Source: a virus
DNA length: 64,000 nt
Strand: one strand, 5' to 3'
Virus record (IMG/VR): IMGVR_UViG_3300030108_003783
Location: 32,001 to 96,000 of that record
Shown here: positions 1 to 9,883 of the stretch, one piece after another
How positions within the stretch are numbered: the first letter of the stretch is position 1
Layout of the letters: each line of letters begins with the position of its first letter
Program-made: the position numbers and the translations under genes
Notes under the pieces: model-generated
Told to the model about the DNA's origin: nothing
What the model saw: only the letters and a program-made list of their open reading frames with translations
Database searches by the model: none

Positions 1-2
1 GT

Positions 3-230
3 AACACTAAAGATACAGTTTTATCTAATATCATAACTGAATTAAGAAGATTAAAATACGTTAGACAACCTGGAGCTTTAGCAACTGACGTACAAAAATC
101 TGTTGATAATGCAATTGCAAGTGGACCAGCTGATGCCTTCATAGTATTCAGACCAGGAAGAATATACGTTGGAAATAAATTTAAATTTGGTGTAATTTCT
201 CAAGGTGGTATAAAGATTATTGAAAGGTAG
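3..230 (+). CDS. partial CDS (3' end), hypothetical
   Basis: Open frame from the window edge, NTKDTVLSNII...GGIKIIER*, ending TAG at 228-230; not in the ORF track. Confidence 0.7.
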   Translation, partial: NTKDTVLSNIITELRRLKYVRQPGALATDVQKSVDNAIASGPADAFIVFRPGRIYVGNKFKFGVISQGGIKIIER

Positions 231-232
231 AT

Positions 233-634
233 ATGAGAACAAATTTATTATGCACATTTACTAATCCTAGAGATAAAAGAAAAACTATCGATTTAATTAT
301 TGATAAGTATGATATATTGTACAATAAGATTTTTCTTTTAAAGAATGTAGATAATGATAGAGAACTTATGTGCACTTATAATATATCTATAGAAGAAAAT
401 TATTCTGAACTGGAAAATACTATTTTGTTGCATAGAAAAAAACAAACAAATACTTTATATACTATTAACGCTTTAAATTCTTTAATAAAGATTTTAAACA
501 ATGGTGTATTAGATACAACATACCAATTAGATTGGGAAAATTATAGAAATACAATGTTGTTAACTAATGAGGAAGGTTTAAAAAGAGTTGAAACTGAAGT
601 AGAAGATATTATCTATATAAAAATAAAAAGGTAA
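233..634 (+). CDS. hypothetical phage protein
   Basis: 133 aa, tightly packed in the operon. Confidence 0.8.
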   Translation: MRTNLLCTFTNPRDKRKTIDLIIDKYDILYNKIFLLKNVDNDRELMCTYNISIEENYSELENTILLHRKKQTNTLYTINALNSLIKILNNGVLDTTYQLDWENYRNTMLLTNEEGLKRVETEVEDIIYIKIKR

Positions 635-639
635 GAGCT

Positions 640-1203
640 ATGATTAAATTAAAAAATTTATTACACGAAAGCAATATTTCAGAAAACTTGAAATATCATA
701 TTAGAAATCAAATATCATTAAATGAATCAGTATTTAGATATGGCTCTAAATCTCACTTCGATTTAATTAATGAAGCAAGAAAATTGCATAACAAGGGTGC
801 TGAATTTGATCCTTATTCTAAATATATACTAGAAACGGATATGGGAACTATGGGATTATATGAAGGTGAAGAAGTACCATTAGACTTTCCAATGATAAAT
901 GAAGCAGAGTATCAAGGTAGAAAAGTAGATTTGAATAAACCTAAAAGAGGTGGTTCTGCAAAATATTACGTTTATGTAAAAGATCCTAAATCTGGTAACA
1001 TTCGTAAAATAGCTTTTGGTGCAAAAGGTGGTGGTGGAAAATTAGCTGTAAAAATTAAGGATCCAAAAGCAAGTAAAAACTTCGCAGATAGGCACAACTG
1101 TGATCAAAAGAAAGATAGAACGAAAGCTGGATATTGGTCTTGTAACTTACCAAGATATGCAAAACAATTAGGCTTAGGTTCTAATATGAATAAATTCTGG
1201 TAA
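640..1203 (+). CDS. putative virion-internal protein with MIKLKxLLxE leader
   Basis: Starts MIKLKNLLHE; C-terminal module (INE/AEYQGRKVDLNKPKRGG...YYVYVKDPKSGN) resembles conserved T4-like phage hypotheticals. Confidence 0.7.
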   Translation: MIKLKNLLHESNISENLKYHIRNQISLNESVFRYGSKSHFDLINEARKLHNKGAEFDPYSKYILETDMGTMGLYEGEEVPLDFPMINEAEYQGRKVDLNKPKRGGSAKYYVYVKDPKSGNIRKIAFGAKGGGGKLAVKIKDPKASKNFADRHNCDQKKDRTKAGYWSCNLPRYAKQLGLGSNMNKFW

Positions 1204-1467
1204 ATGAATCCATATACAGACGAAAATAATACAGGTTATAAAATAAGAACATTTGAAAAAGATGTTCCAGAAGAAGAGTTGATTTGGCATACTGATGAAA
1301 GAACTAGAGTAGTTGAAGTATTAGAAAGCAAAGGTTGGCAATTTCAATTCGACGATGAATTACCATTCGGATTACAACGTGGTACTATAATAAACATACC
1401 AAAAGGTAAAATACATAGGATCATCAAAGGTAATAGTAATTTGGTAATTAAAATCAAAGAAATTTGA
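1204..1467 (+). CDS. small cupin-like protein
   Basis: WHTDE...GWQFQF...IPKGKIHRI fits cupin motifs 1 and 2. Confidence 0.6.
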   Translation: MNPYTDENNTGYKIRTFEKDVPEEELIWHTDERTRVVEVLESKGWQFQFDDELPFGLQRGTIINIPKGKIHRIIKGNSNLVIKIKEI

Positions 1468-1496
1468 TATTTATATTAAAGGTTTTTGCCATTTTC

Positions 1497-1528
1497 TTTG
1501 GATATGTCAAAAATTTTTCTTATATTTA
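1497..1528 (+). promoter_or_regulatory. Bacteroidota-type early promoter
   Basis: TTTG-GATATGTC-N12-TATATTTA; 20-nt spacer. Confidence 0.8.
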
Positions 1529-1562
1529 ATAAACATTAACAATTAACACTAAGCAGTAAAAA

Positions 1563-1907
1563 ATGAAAGATTTATTATTAGCAATGGGCTTTTTTGCCAT
1601 TGGGCATACATTAATTTGGTTTCAAACAAACGGTCAATTCCTATGGAAATGGTTTCGTGAAAACCCTCTTATAATATCTATAATAGGTGGTACAATTATA
1701 TCATACTTCTTTATAGCAGGCACTAAACATATAGTGACTTTTTCTAATGGTCTATTATGGCCTGGAAGATTATTAGGTTTTGGTATTGGTATCTCATCTT
1801 TTACTATCTTAACAATAATTTATATGGGTGAGGGTTTAACAACAAAAACAATTACTTCTTTGATATTAGCAGTAGCATTAGTTAGTATACAAATATTTTG
1901 GAAGTAA
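1563..1907 (+). CDS. small membrane protein, about 4 TM (SMR/EamA-like)
   Basis: 114 aa with four hydrophobic segments. Confidence 0.6.
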   Translation: MKDLLLAMGFFAIGHTLIWFQTNGQFLWKWFRENPLIISIIGGTIISYFFIAGTKHIVTFSNGLLWPGRLLGFGIGISSFTILTIIYMGEGLTTKTITSLILAVALVSIQIFWK

Positions 1908-1909
1908 AT

Positions 1910-1965
1910 TGTTAATAACTTTTTCAAATTATATTTGGATAAGTCGAAAAAAATTATTATATTTA
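1910..1965 (+). promoter_or_regulatory. early promoter with upstream TGTTAATAAC box; leaderless
   Basis: Box 1910-1919, TTTG at 1934, TATATTTA 1958-1965, ATG 4 nt later. Confidence 0.8.
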
Positions 1966-1969
1966 CAAT

Positions 1970-2899
1970 ATGAAAAACAAAAATCTAACACTAGGATATG
2001 CATGTATCAATATGGAATTACGTAAAGACAAAATCTTTACTAATCGTCACATGCGTCAAAAAACGTTCGAAGCAAAAGGTATTGAATATGCTTCTGAACT
2101 TAATTTACTAAATGTCAAAGATCTTGTAAAAATTATACAATGGAATATTGACAATGATATTAAATTGTATCGTATGTCTTCAGATATATTTACATGGCAT
2201 TCTCATTACAATCTTACAGATTGCCCAGATTATCCTGAAATCAAACGCCATCTTGAAATTGCTGGTAAACTGGCAAGGGACAATGGTATTCGTCTTTCAG
2301 CTCACCCTGGTCAATACACTGTACTTGCATCTCCCAACGAAGACATTGTTGTCCGGGCAATTGATATCTTGGACAAAACTGCAATTGTAATGGATCTTAT
2401 GGGTATGCCAAAAACACCAGAATGCAAAATCAATATACATATCGGTGGTACTTACGACGACAAAAAAGCTACAATGGCTAGGTTCTGTAAAAATTTCAAA
2501 CGTATCATTCCATCTGCACAAGCTCGTCTCACAATAGAAAACGACGACAAAGCTTCAATGTATTCAGTATCGGATCTATATGAAGGTATATACAAAGTAA
2601 TTGGTATTCCAGTTGTATTCGATTATCATCACCACAGATTCTGTACTGGTGGTTTATCCGAAGCTGAAGCTTTACATCTTGCAGCTAAAACTTGGCCAAA
2701 AGATATTCGTCAATGTACTCATTATTCCGAATCTATGGCACTAATGGAAGGAGCTGAAGATAAACGTGAACAAGCTCATTCAAATTATATTTACAACGAA
2801 ATTAACACGCACGGTCTTTCTATCGATTGCATGGTGGAAGCAAAGATGAAAGAAAAAGCTGTTCAAAGGTATTATGATAAACATTTGGTTTTATCGTAA
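1970..2899 (+). CDS. uvsE: UV-damage endonuclease (UvsE/UVDE)
   Basis: LGYACIN, YRMSSD, RLSAHPGQYTVL, INIHIGG, RLTIENDD, VFDYHHH, EAKMKE motifs. Confidence 0.92.
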   Translation: MKNKNLTLGYACINMELRKDKIFTNRHMRQKTFEAKGIEYASELNLLNVKDLVKIIQWNIDNDIKLYRMSSDIFTWHSHYNLTDCPDYPEIKRHLEIAGKLARDNGIRLSAHPGQYTVLASPNEDIVVRAIDILDKTAIVMDLMGMPKTPECKINIHIGGTYDDKKATMARFCKNFKRIIPSAQARLTIENDDKASMYSVSDLYEGIYKVIGIPVVFDYHHHRFCTGGLSEAEALHLAAKTWPKDIRQCTHYSESMALMEGAEDKREQAHSNYIYNEINTHGLSIDCMVEAKMKEKAVQRYYDKHLVLS

Positions 2900-2915
2900 T
2901 TTTTTATTATATTAG
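2884..2915 (+). promoter_or_regulatory. variant early promoter
   Basis: TTTGGTTTTATCG...TATATTAG with the same 20-nt spacer. Confidence 0.55.
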
Positions 2916-2952
2916 TAACAATTATTTATTTAACAATTAAAAGGAGAAAAAA

Positions 2953-3717
2953 ATGGCAATTGATTTAGATGCTATCCGCAAGAAGCTTCAAGGCTTACAA
3001 ACAACGACGACAAGAACGTCAAATTTATGGAAACCAGAACCTGGTAAAAATGTAATTCGTATTGTACCTTATCAATTTAATAAGGACAATCCATTCCAAG
3101 AATTATTCTTTCACTATGGTTTAGGCAAAAGAAATTATTTATCACCTGTTACTTTTGGTGATGCAGACCCAATAGTTGAGTTTGCTGATAAACTAAAACA
3201 AACTGGTAACAGAGATGATTGGAAATTAGCTAAAGGGCTTACACCAAAAATGAGAACTTATGTTCCAGTTATAGTTAGAGGTCAAGAATCAGAAGGTGTT
3301 AAATTATGGGGCTTTGGTAAAACTGTTTATCAAGAACTATTAACATTTATAGCTGATCCTGATTATGGTGATATCACAGATGTTAAATCTGGTAGAGATA
3401 TTACAGTTACTTTTACTCCAGCTGAAGGAGGTGAAAGATATCCTAAAACTGCAATAATGGTTAAACCTAACCAAACACCTGCAACAGAGGATAAAACAAT
3501 AGCTGACAATATTATGAATGGTCAAGAAGACATTTTCAATATTTTCAAAAGAGTTTCTTATGAAGATTTAAAAGAAGCTTTAGAAAACTGGTTAAACCCT
3601 GAAAATGATGAAAATTCTAATGAAGTACCAGCAACTGATAAGAAAGAAGAAGTACCAGCTGGTGTTAAACAATCTGACGATATAGATTCAGCATTTGATG
3701 ATTTATTTAATAATTAG
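2953..3717 (+). CDS. ssDNA-binding protein (T4 gp32-like)
   Basis: WKPEPGKNVIRIVP, GVKLWGFGKTVY, DITDVKSGRDI; acidic tail DSAFDDLF; SD AAGGAG. Confidence 0.85.
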   Translation: MAIDLDAIRKKLQGLQTTTTRTSNLWKPEPGKNVIRIVPYQFNKDNPFQELFFHYGLGKRNYLSPVTFGDADPIVEFADKLKQTGNRDDWKLAKGLTPKMRTYVPVIVRGQESEGVKLWGFGKTVYQELLTFIADPDYGDITDVKSGRDITVTFTPAEGGERYPKTAIMVKPNQTPATEDKTIADNIMNGQEDIFNIFKRVSYEDLKEALENWLNPENDENSNEVPATDKKEEVPAGVKQSDDIDSAFDDLFNN

Positions 3718-3727
3718 GAGATAATTT

Positions 3728-4876
3728 ATGGCAAGGAAAAGTAAAGCTCAAAAAGCAGCTATTGATTCTAGAGATGAACTTGCTGGAGTTATCGCTGACT
3801 CATTAAATAAGAAATTCAAGTCAATGAAAGTGGCTTATTTCTTAGATGGAGCGGAAGAGACACCAACAGATTTAACTGAATGGGTTTCTACTGGTTCATC
3901 ATTATTAGATCTTGCAATTTCAAATAGACCTCATGGGGGATTACCAGTAGGAAGGATTACAGAGCTAACTGGATTAGAAGCTTCTGGTAAATCTTTAATT
4001 GGTGCTCACTTATTAGCAAACACTCAAAAGCAAGGTGGACTAGCAGTTTACATTGATACAGAGAATGCTATGAATGAGGAATTTGCAAGAGCTATTGGTA
4101 TTGATATTTCTAAATTACTTTATGTACAACTCGAAGCTATCGAGGATATATTTGATGTAATTGAAAATATAATACTAAAGATCCGTGAATCGGATAATGA
4201 TAGATTAGTTACTATCGTAGTTGATTCAGTTGCAGCTGCAACAACCAAAGTTGAACAAGAAGCAGATTTTGAGAAAGATGGTTGGGCAACCTCTAAAGCT
4301 ATTATTATATCTAAAGCTATGAGAAAGGTTACTCAATTAATTGGTAGACAGAGAATCTGTTTGGTATTTACAAATCAATTGAGAGTTAGATTGGGTGTAT
4401 CATTTGGTGATCCTTATACTACCTCAGGTGGTAAAGCATTAGGATTCCATGCTTCATGTAGACTTAGGTTAAAAGCTGCTGGTCAAATAAAAGCTAAGAT
4501 TGATGGGAAAGAGCAAGTAGTTGGTATTAAAACTAAAGCTCAAGTTGTCAAGAATAGAATGGGACCACCATTAAGAACTGCAGAATTCCAAATCTATTTT
4601 GATAGAGGAATTGATGATTATGGTTCATGGTTACAAGTTATGAAAGACTATAACTTAGTCAAACAAGGTGGGTCTTGGTATACTTATATTGACCAAACAA
4701 CTGGTGAGGAAATCAAATTTATGTCTAAAGAATTTGAAGATAAAATCCTCTCCGATGAAACTAGGAAAGAACGTATTTACAATTCTATATGTAATGCGTT
4801 AACCATGTCTTACAAATCAGACGATATTGGTATTGATGATGTAGAGATTGGTAACGACGACGTTCCTATTAACTAA
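3728..4876 (+). CDS. recA: RecA/UvsX recombinase
   Basis: GLEASGKS Walker A, YIDTE, VVDSVAA, FTNQLR, TSGGKALGFHAS, KNRMGPP. Confidence 0.95.
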   Translation: MARKSKAQKAAIDSRDELAGVIADSLNKKFKSMKVAYFLDGAEETPTDLTEWVSTGSSLLDLAISNRPHGGLPVGRITELTGLEASGKSLIGAHLLANTQKQGGLAVYIDTENAMNEEFARAIGIDISKLLYVQLEAIEDIFDVIENIILKIRESDNDRLVTIVVDSVAAATTKVEQEADFEKDGWATSKAIIISKAMRKVTQLIGRQRICLVFTNQLRVRLGVSFGDPYTTSGGKALGFHASCRLRLKAAGQIKAKIDGKEQVVGIKTKAQVVKNRMGPPLRTAEFQIYFDRGIDDYGSWLQVMKDYNLVKQGGSWYTYIDQTTGEEIKFMSKEFEDKILSDETRKERIYNSICNALTMSYKSDDIGIDDVEIGNDDVPIN

Positions 4877-4879
4877 TCG

Positions 4880-4958
4880 GTTATTAATACGGAGGGTAGA
4901 AAAAATGGTAGCTTAAGCAATTGTGGTAGCTTAAACTTTTTCTCCCTCTGTTAATAAC
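4880..4958 (+). other. long imperfect hairpin with tandem 11-nt repeat in the loop
   Basis: GTTATTAAtaCGGAGGGtAGAAAAA pairs with TTTTTCTCCCTCTGTTAATAAC; loop holds TGGTAGCTTAA twice (4906, 4924). Confidence 0.6.
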
Positions 4959-4972
4959 TTTCTTCCATTTTC

Positions 4973-5004
4973 TTTGGATATGTCAAAAAAATTTCTTATA
5001 TTTA
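4973..5004 (+). promoter_or_regulatory. early promoter
   Basis: TTTGGATATGTC...TATATTTA; TGTTAATAAC box 14 nt upstream. Confidence 0.8.
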
Positions 5005-5022
5005 CAATGTAAATAAAACAAA

Positions 5023-6063
5023 ATGAAAAAATACTATAGCGAAATATTAAAGAATTTAAATGAAGATACTGAGCCTTTAAAGCTTAATGATAGAGTATTA
5101 TTAGTAGATGGCTTAAATACATTTATCAGAGCTTTTGTTATGAACCCATCAACTAATGAAGATGGTATTCATATTGGTGGTATCAAAGGGTTTATGTTGT
5201 CAATGGGTTATGCCATTAAAAATATTAAACCAACAAGAGTTATTGTTTGCTTTGATGGGGCTGGTGGTTCACAAAGACGTAGAAAGCTTCATCCTGAATA
5301 CAAACAAAACCGTAAAGTAAATAGAAGATTATTAAGGGCTGCTCATCAAGATCATTCAGATGAAGATAACAAGCTTGCAATGAAACATCAGCTACAAAGG
5401 TTATTAGAATATTTAAGCAATTGTCCTGTTACATTAGTATCTATTGATAAGATAGAAGCAGACGATTCTATTGCATATATAACAAAGCAAATATTAAAAA
5501 ATAGCAAATGCTTTATCATGTCTTCAGACAAAGACTTTTTACAATTGGTGGATAAAAGAGTTACAGTTTGGTCACCAACGAAAAAGCAATATTACTTTGA
5601 TGAAAACGTTAAAGAAGAGTTCGATTTAATACCGGAAAACTATATTTATTATAAATGTCTTTTAGGAGATAAAGGTGATAATGTTCCAGGTCTTTCTGGT
5701 TTAGGTCATAAAACGTTATATAAAAATTTACCAATATTATTTGGTCCAGATCCAATAACAATGGACGATATAATAGATTATGCTAAAACAAATGCATTAC
5801 AAACAAAAGCTTTAAAATTGATTGCTGATAATGTAGACCATTTAAATTTAAATTATCAATTAATGCAATTACATGAAACAGATATTTCTGGTTCTGCAAA
5901 AGAAAGATTACAAAATTTAGTTAAAGCTAAAATACCTTCTTTTGTCAAATACGATTTTATGAAAATGCTTTTAGAGGACAGGATGTGGATTGTTAAAAAT
6001 ATAGAATTTTGGATAAGAGATGTCTTCTTATCATTAGACACAAGGGGAAGGGATGATAAATAA
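5023..6063 (+). CDS. 5'-3' exonuclease / flap endonuclease (T4 RNase H-like)
   Basis: LLVDGLN, CFDG, EYKQNR, EADD, SSDKDFLQL, GDKGDNVPG. Confidence 0.92.
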   Translation: MKKYYSEILKNLNEDTEPLKLNDRVLLVDGLNTFIRAFVMNPSTNEDGIHIGGIKGFMLSMGYAIKNIKPTRVIVCFDGAGGSQRRRKLHPEYKQNRKVNRRLLRAAHQDHSDEDNKLAMKHQLQRLLEYLSNCPVTLVSIDKIEADDSIAYITKQILKNSKCFIMSSDKDFLQLVDKRVTVWSPTKKQYYFDENVKEEFDLIPENYIYYKCLLGDKGDNVPGLSGLGHKTLYKNLPILFGPDPITMDDIIDYAKTNALQTKALKLIADNVDHLNLNYQLMQLHETDISGSAKERLQNLVKAKIPSFVKYDFMKMLLEDRMWIVKNIEFWIRDVFLSLDTRGRDDK

Positions 6064-7396
6064 AATTTCAGATTTCGGTTATAACTTTCAAACAAAGTTA
6101 ATTGCAGCATTACTTACTGATAAAAACTTTCTGCAACAGATTTCAGATATACTTGATCACAAATACTTTGAATCAGAAGCAGCATCATTTTTAGTTAAAT
6201 GTATAAAAGATCATGTATCAGAATTTAAAGCTGCTCCAACAATGGAAGTTTTAAAGGTTAAAATAAAAGAACTAACAGATGAAGTTTTGGAAACATCTGT
6301 TGTTTCTACTTTAAAAGATTCAATGAGAAATGTTGAATCTACTGATTTGGAATTTATTAAAGAAGAATCTATTAAGTTTTGTAAAAATCAAAAATTAAAA
6401 GCTGCAATTGTTGAATCTGTTAATTTATTGCAAAGTGGAGAATTTGATGCAATCAAAACAAAAATAGATGAAGCAATGAAAGCCGGGGGTGATAGAAATA
6501 TTGGCCACGAATATAATAAAGAAATAGAAGATAGATATAAGGAATCTGTCCGTAATACAATAACAACTGGTTGGGAAGTTATAGACGATTTGGCAGATGG
6601 AGGATTAGGAAGTGGGGAGCTTGGTGTAATGGTTGCACCAGCTGGTATTGGTAAATCTTGGGCTTTAGCTAATGTTGGAGCTAATGCTGTTAAAGCTGGT
6701 AAAACCGTTTTGCATTATACTTTGGAATTAAATCAAGCTTATGTAGGATTAAGATATGATTCTATATTTACAGGCATTGCAGCTCAAGATTTAAAATATA
6801 ATTTAGACGATGTAAAGAAAAGGTTAAAACAAATACCTGGCGAGTTAGTTATTAAATATTTCCCAACAAAAGGTGCAACGGTTTTATCTCTTGGTGCTCA
6901 TATTGAAAAATGTAAAATACAAGGAAAGAGTCCAGATTTAATTATAGTTGATTATGCAGATTTATTAAGAGGTAATGGAAGAGAAGTTAGACATGAGCTT
7001 GGTAATATTTACGAAGATTTAAGAGGATTAGCTGGTGAATATGAAATACCGATTTGGACTGCATCTCAAGCAAATCGTTCTGCATTACAAGAAGATGTTA
7101 TACAAGCAGACAAGATTGCAGAATCATATTCTAAAATAATGACTGCTGATTTTGTGGTTTCATTGTCAAGAAAGATTGAAGATAAGGCAGCTGGAACTGG
7201 AAGATGGCATGTTATTAAAAATAGGTTTGGTCCAGATGGTATTACTTTACCTTCTAAAATGAATGCATCAAATGGTCAAATCGATATTTATGATGGAGCA
7301 ACTATTCAAGGTCAAGCTGCTCAAGAGGATATCAATAACAACTCCGAATATTTAAGAAAAATGTTAGGAAATAAATTTAAAGAATTAAATACATAG
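6053..7396 (+). CDS. dnaB: replicative helicase (DnaB/gp41 family)
   Basis: APAGIGKS Walker A, YTLEL, IIVDYADLL, WTASQANR, KNRFG. Confidence 0.92.
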   Translation: MINKISDFGYNFQTKLIAALLTDKNFLQQISDILDHKYFESEAASFLVKCIKDHVSEFKAAPTMEVLKVKIKELTDEVLETSVVSTLKDSMRNVESTDLEFIKEESIKFCKNQKLKAAIVESVNLLQSGEFDAIKTKIDEAMKAGGDRNIGHEYNKEIEDRYKESVRNTITTGWEVIDDLADGGLGSGELGVMVAPAGIGKSWALANVGANAVKAGKTVLHYTLELNQAYVGLRYDSIFTGIAAQDLKYNLDDVKKRLKQIPGELVIKYFPTKGATVLSLGAHIEKCKIQGKSPDLIIVDYADLLRGNGREVRHELGNIYEDLRGLAGEYEIPIWTASQANRSALQEDVIQADKIAESYSKIMTADFVVSLSRKIEDKAAGTGRWHVIKNRFGPDGITLPSKMNASNGQIDIYDGATIQGQAAQEDINNNSEYLRKMLGNKFKELNT

Positions 7397-7434
7397 ACAG
7401 GGTTATATAAATATATATTCATATTTATTATGGA

Positions 7435-7464
7435 GACTGGCTATAACATAGGCCAGTCATTTTT
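7435..7464 (+). other. GC-rich hairpin in the nrdJ leader (terminator or leader structure)
   Basis: GACTGGC...GCCAGTC followed by ATTTTT, just downstream of an ATATTTAT motif at 7421. Confidence 0.5.
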
Positions 7465-7497
7465 ATCTAAAAACGAAACAGAATAGAGGAATACAAA

Positions 7498-9357
7498 ATG
7501 GAAGTATCAAATCAAATATTATCAGAGATTACAGTTTATATGAAGTACGCAAAGTACTTACCAGAAAAAAATAGAAGAGAAACTTGGGAAGAGTTAGTAA
7601 CAAGAAATAAAGAAATGCATATAAAAACTTACCCGAAAATGAAAGAAGAAATAGAAGAAGCTTATAAACTAGTATACGATAAAAAAGTACTTCCATCTAT
7701 GAGATCATTACAGTTTGGTGGTAAACCAATAGAAATATCGCCTAATAGAATATACAATTGCGCTTATTTACCTATCGACTCTGTTGATTCATTTAGTGAA
7801 ACTATGTTTTTGTTGTTAGGTGGTACTGGCGTTGGTTATTCTGTACAAAGACATCACGTTGCAAAGCTGCCTGTAATAAATAAACCTTTTCCTAAAAGAT
7901 CAAGAAGATTTTTAATTGGAGACTCTATTGAAGGTTGGGCTGATGCAATAAAGGTGTTGATGAAATCTTATATGAATGGAGGAGGATCAAGAATAGAATT
8001 TGACTTTTCAGATATTAGACCAAAGGGAGCAAGACTAATAACGTCAGGTGGTAAAGCTCCAGGTCCACAACCATTAAAGGAATGTATATTAAAATTGACT
8101 GGTATTTTAGAATCAAAAGAAACTGGTGATAGAATAACAACATTAGAAGCTCACGATATGATTTGTCATATAGCCGATGCTGTTTTAGCTGGAGGTATTA
8201 GAAGAGCTGCTTTAATTAGTTTATTTAATGCAGATGATGATGCAATGATATCATGTAAATCGGGTAACTGGTGGGAATTAAACCCTCAACGAGGTAGAGC
8301 AAATAATTCAGCTGTACTAATGAGACACAAGATTACTAAAAAGTTCTTTTTAGATTTATGGGAAAGAGTTGAAAAGTCTGGTGCTGGTGAACCTGGTATT
8401 TATTTTAATAATGATAAAGATTGGGGAACTAATCCATGTTGTGAAATAGCATTAAGACCATTTCAATTTTGCAATTTATGCGAAGTAAATGCAAGTGATA
8501 TAAAAGATCAAGAAGATTTAAATAATCGTGTAAAAGCTGCATCATTAATTGGTACTTTACAAGCTGGTTATACTCAATTCCATTATCTTAGAGATATATG
8601 GAGAGAAACAACAGAGAAGGAAGCACTGATTGGAGTATCTATGACTGGTATTGGTTCTGGTACTGTTTTAGGTTATGATACAGAAGAAGCAGCAAAAGTT
8701 GTTAAAAAGGAAAATGCAAGAGTTGCAAAACTTCTAGAAATAAATAAAGCAGCTAGATGCACAACTGTTAAACCTGCTGGAACAACATCATTAGCTTTAG
8801 GAACATCATCAGGTATCCATGCATGGCATAACGATTATTATATAAGAAGAATAAGAGTTGGAAAGAATGAAACAATATATAATTATTTGAAAACGAATCA
8901 CCCTGAGTTAGTAGAAGATGAATACTTCAGACCTCATGATACTGCAGTAATTCAAATTCCTCAAAAAGCTCCAGCTGGTGCAATATTAAGAACAGAATCT
9001 CCATTCCAATTATTAGAAAGAGTAAAGAAAATAGCTACGGAATGGGTTAAGTCGGGTCACAGAAAGGGTTCTAATACTCACAACGTTTCAGCAACTATAT
9101 CATTGAAACAAGAAGATTGGGAATTAGCTGGTCAATGGATGTGGGAAAATAGAAAACACTATAACGGTTTATCAGTATTACCTTATGATGGTGGAACGTA
9201 TACTCAAGCACCATTTGAAGATATTACAAAAGAAAAATATGATGAAATGATGAAAACTTTAACAGAAGTTAATTTATCAAATGTTATAGAAGTAGAAGAT
9301 AATACAGATCTATCTGGAGAATTAGCTTGTGCAGGAGGTTCTTGTGAAATTACATAA
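7498..9357 (+). CDS. nrdJ: class II (B12-dependent) monomeric ribonucleotide reductase
   Basis: PSMRSLQFGG, YNC, GGIRRAA, TNPCCEI, TTVKPAGT, C-terminal CAGGSCE. Confidence 0.9.
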   Translation: MEVSNQILSEITVYMKYAKYLPEKNRRETWEELVTRNKEMHIKTYPKMKEEIEEAYKLVYDKKVLPSMRSLQFGGKPIEISPNRIYNCAYLPIDSVDSFSETMFLLLGGTGVGYSVQRHHVAKLPVINKPFPKRSRRFLIGDSIEGWADAIKVLMKSYMNGGGSRIEFDFSDIRPKGARLITSGGKAPGPQPLKECILKLTGILESKETGDRITTLEAHDMICHIADAVLAGGIRRAALISLFNADDDAMISCKSGNWWELNPQRGRANNSAVLMRHKITKKFFLDLWERVEKSGAGEPGIYFNNDKDWGTNPCCEIALRPFQFCNLCEVNASDIKDQEDLNNRVKAASLIGTLQAGYTQFHYLRDIWRETTEKEALIGVSMTGIGSGTVLGYDTEEAAKVVKKENARVAKLLEINKAARCTTVKPAGTTSLALGTSSGIHAWHNDYYIRRIRVGKNETIYNYLKTNHPELVEDEYFRPHDTAVIQIPQKAPAGAILRTESPFQLLERVKKIATEWVKSGHRKGSNTHNVSATISLKQEDWELAGQWMWENRKHYNGLSVLPYDGGTYTQAPFEDITKEKYDEMMKTLTEVNLSNVIEVEDNTDLSGELACAGGSCEIT

Positions 9358-9419
9358 GGATTGGATTGTAGATTTATATTACGAGGAAATGGTTATTGGG
9401 TCCAATAAGGAGAACAACC

Positions 9420-9614
9420 ATGACAGATATAAACGACCTAAACAACAAACTGAAAAAGATTCAAAAAGATATAAAGGAATATCAAAAAGCTTGCAATCAC
9501 AAAAATCAAGCTATGAAAATGAATGATAAAAATGAAATACAATGGCGCTGTTTAAAATGTGATTCATTTATTAGAATACCAACACAAGAGGAAGTTACAA
9601 AATGGCTGAAATAA
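9420..9614 (+). CDS. small hypothetical, Cys/His zinc-ribbon-like
   Basis: ATG 9420 after AAGGAG; CNH...CLKC. Confidence 0.65.
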   Translation: MTDINDLNNKLKKIQKDIKEYQKACNHKNQAMKMNDKNEIQWRCLKCDSFIRIPTQEEVTKWLK

Positions 9615-9847
9615 AAGAGCAAAAGGATTTAGTTTTACAAAGAGTACCACCAGGAGATCAATGGTCTCCAGTAAATGGTGACACCAATATAATATTACCA
9701 TCGTTAACAGAAGGACTAGAATATATCTTTCAAAGAGACGGTGTAAGAGATTTTCATTTAGCTGCATTAGATGGTAAAGTTTATGCAGTACAAGAAGTAG
9801 AAGTAGCACCGCCACCACCAAAAACTTTCAATTTATATGGTGAATAA
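9602..9847 (+). CDS. hypothetical protein
   Basis: 81 aa, overlapping in the operon. Confidence 0.7.
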   Translation: MAEIKEQKDLVLQRVPPGDQWSPVNGDTNIILPSLTEGLEYIFQRDGVRDFHLAALDGKVYAVQEVEVAPPPPKTFNLYGE

Positions 9848-9879
9848 TTTGGATAAGTCCAAAAAATTTGTTATATTTA
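9848..9879 (+). promoter_or_regulatory. early promoter; leaderless
   Basis: TTTGGATAAGTC...TATATTTA, ATG 4 nt later. Confidence 0.8.
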
Positions 9880-9883
9880 GTAT

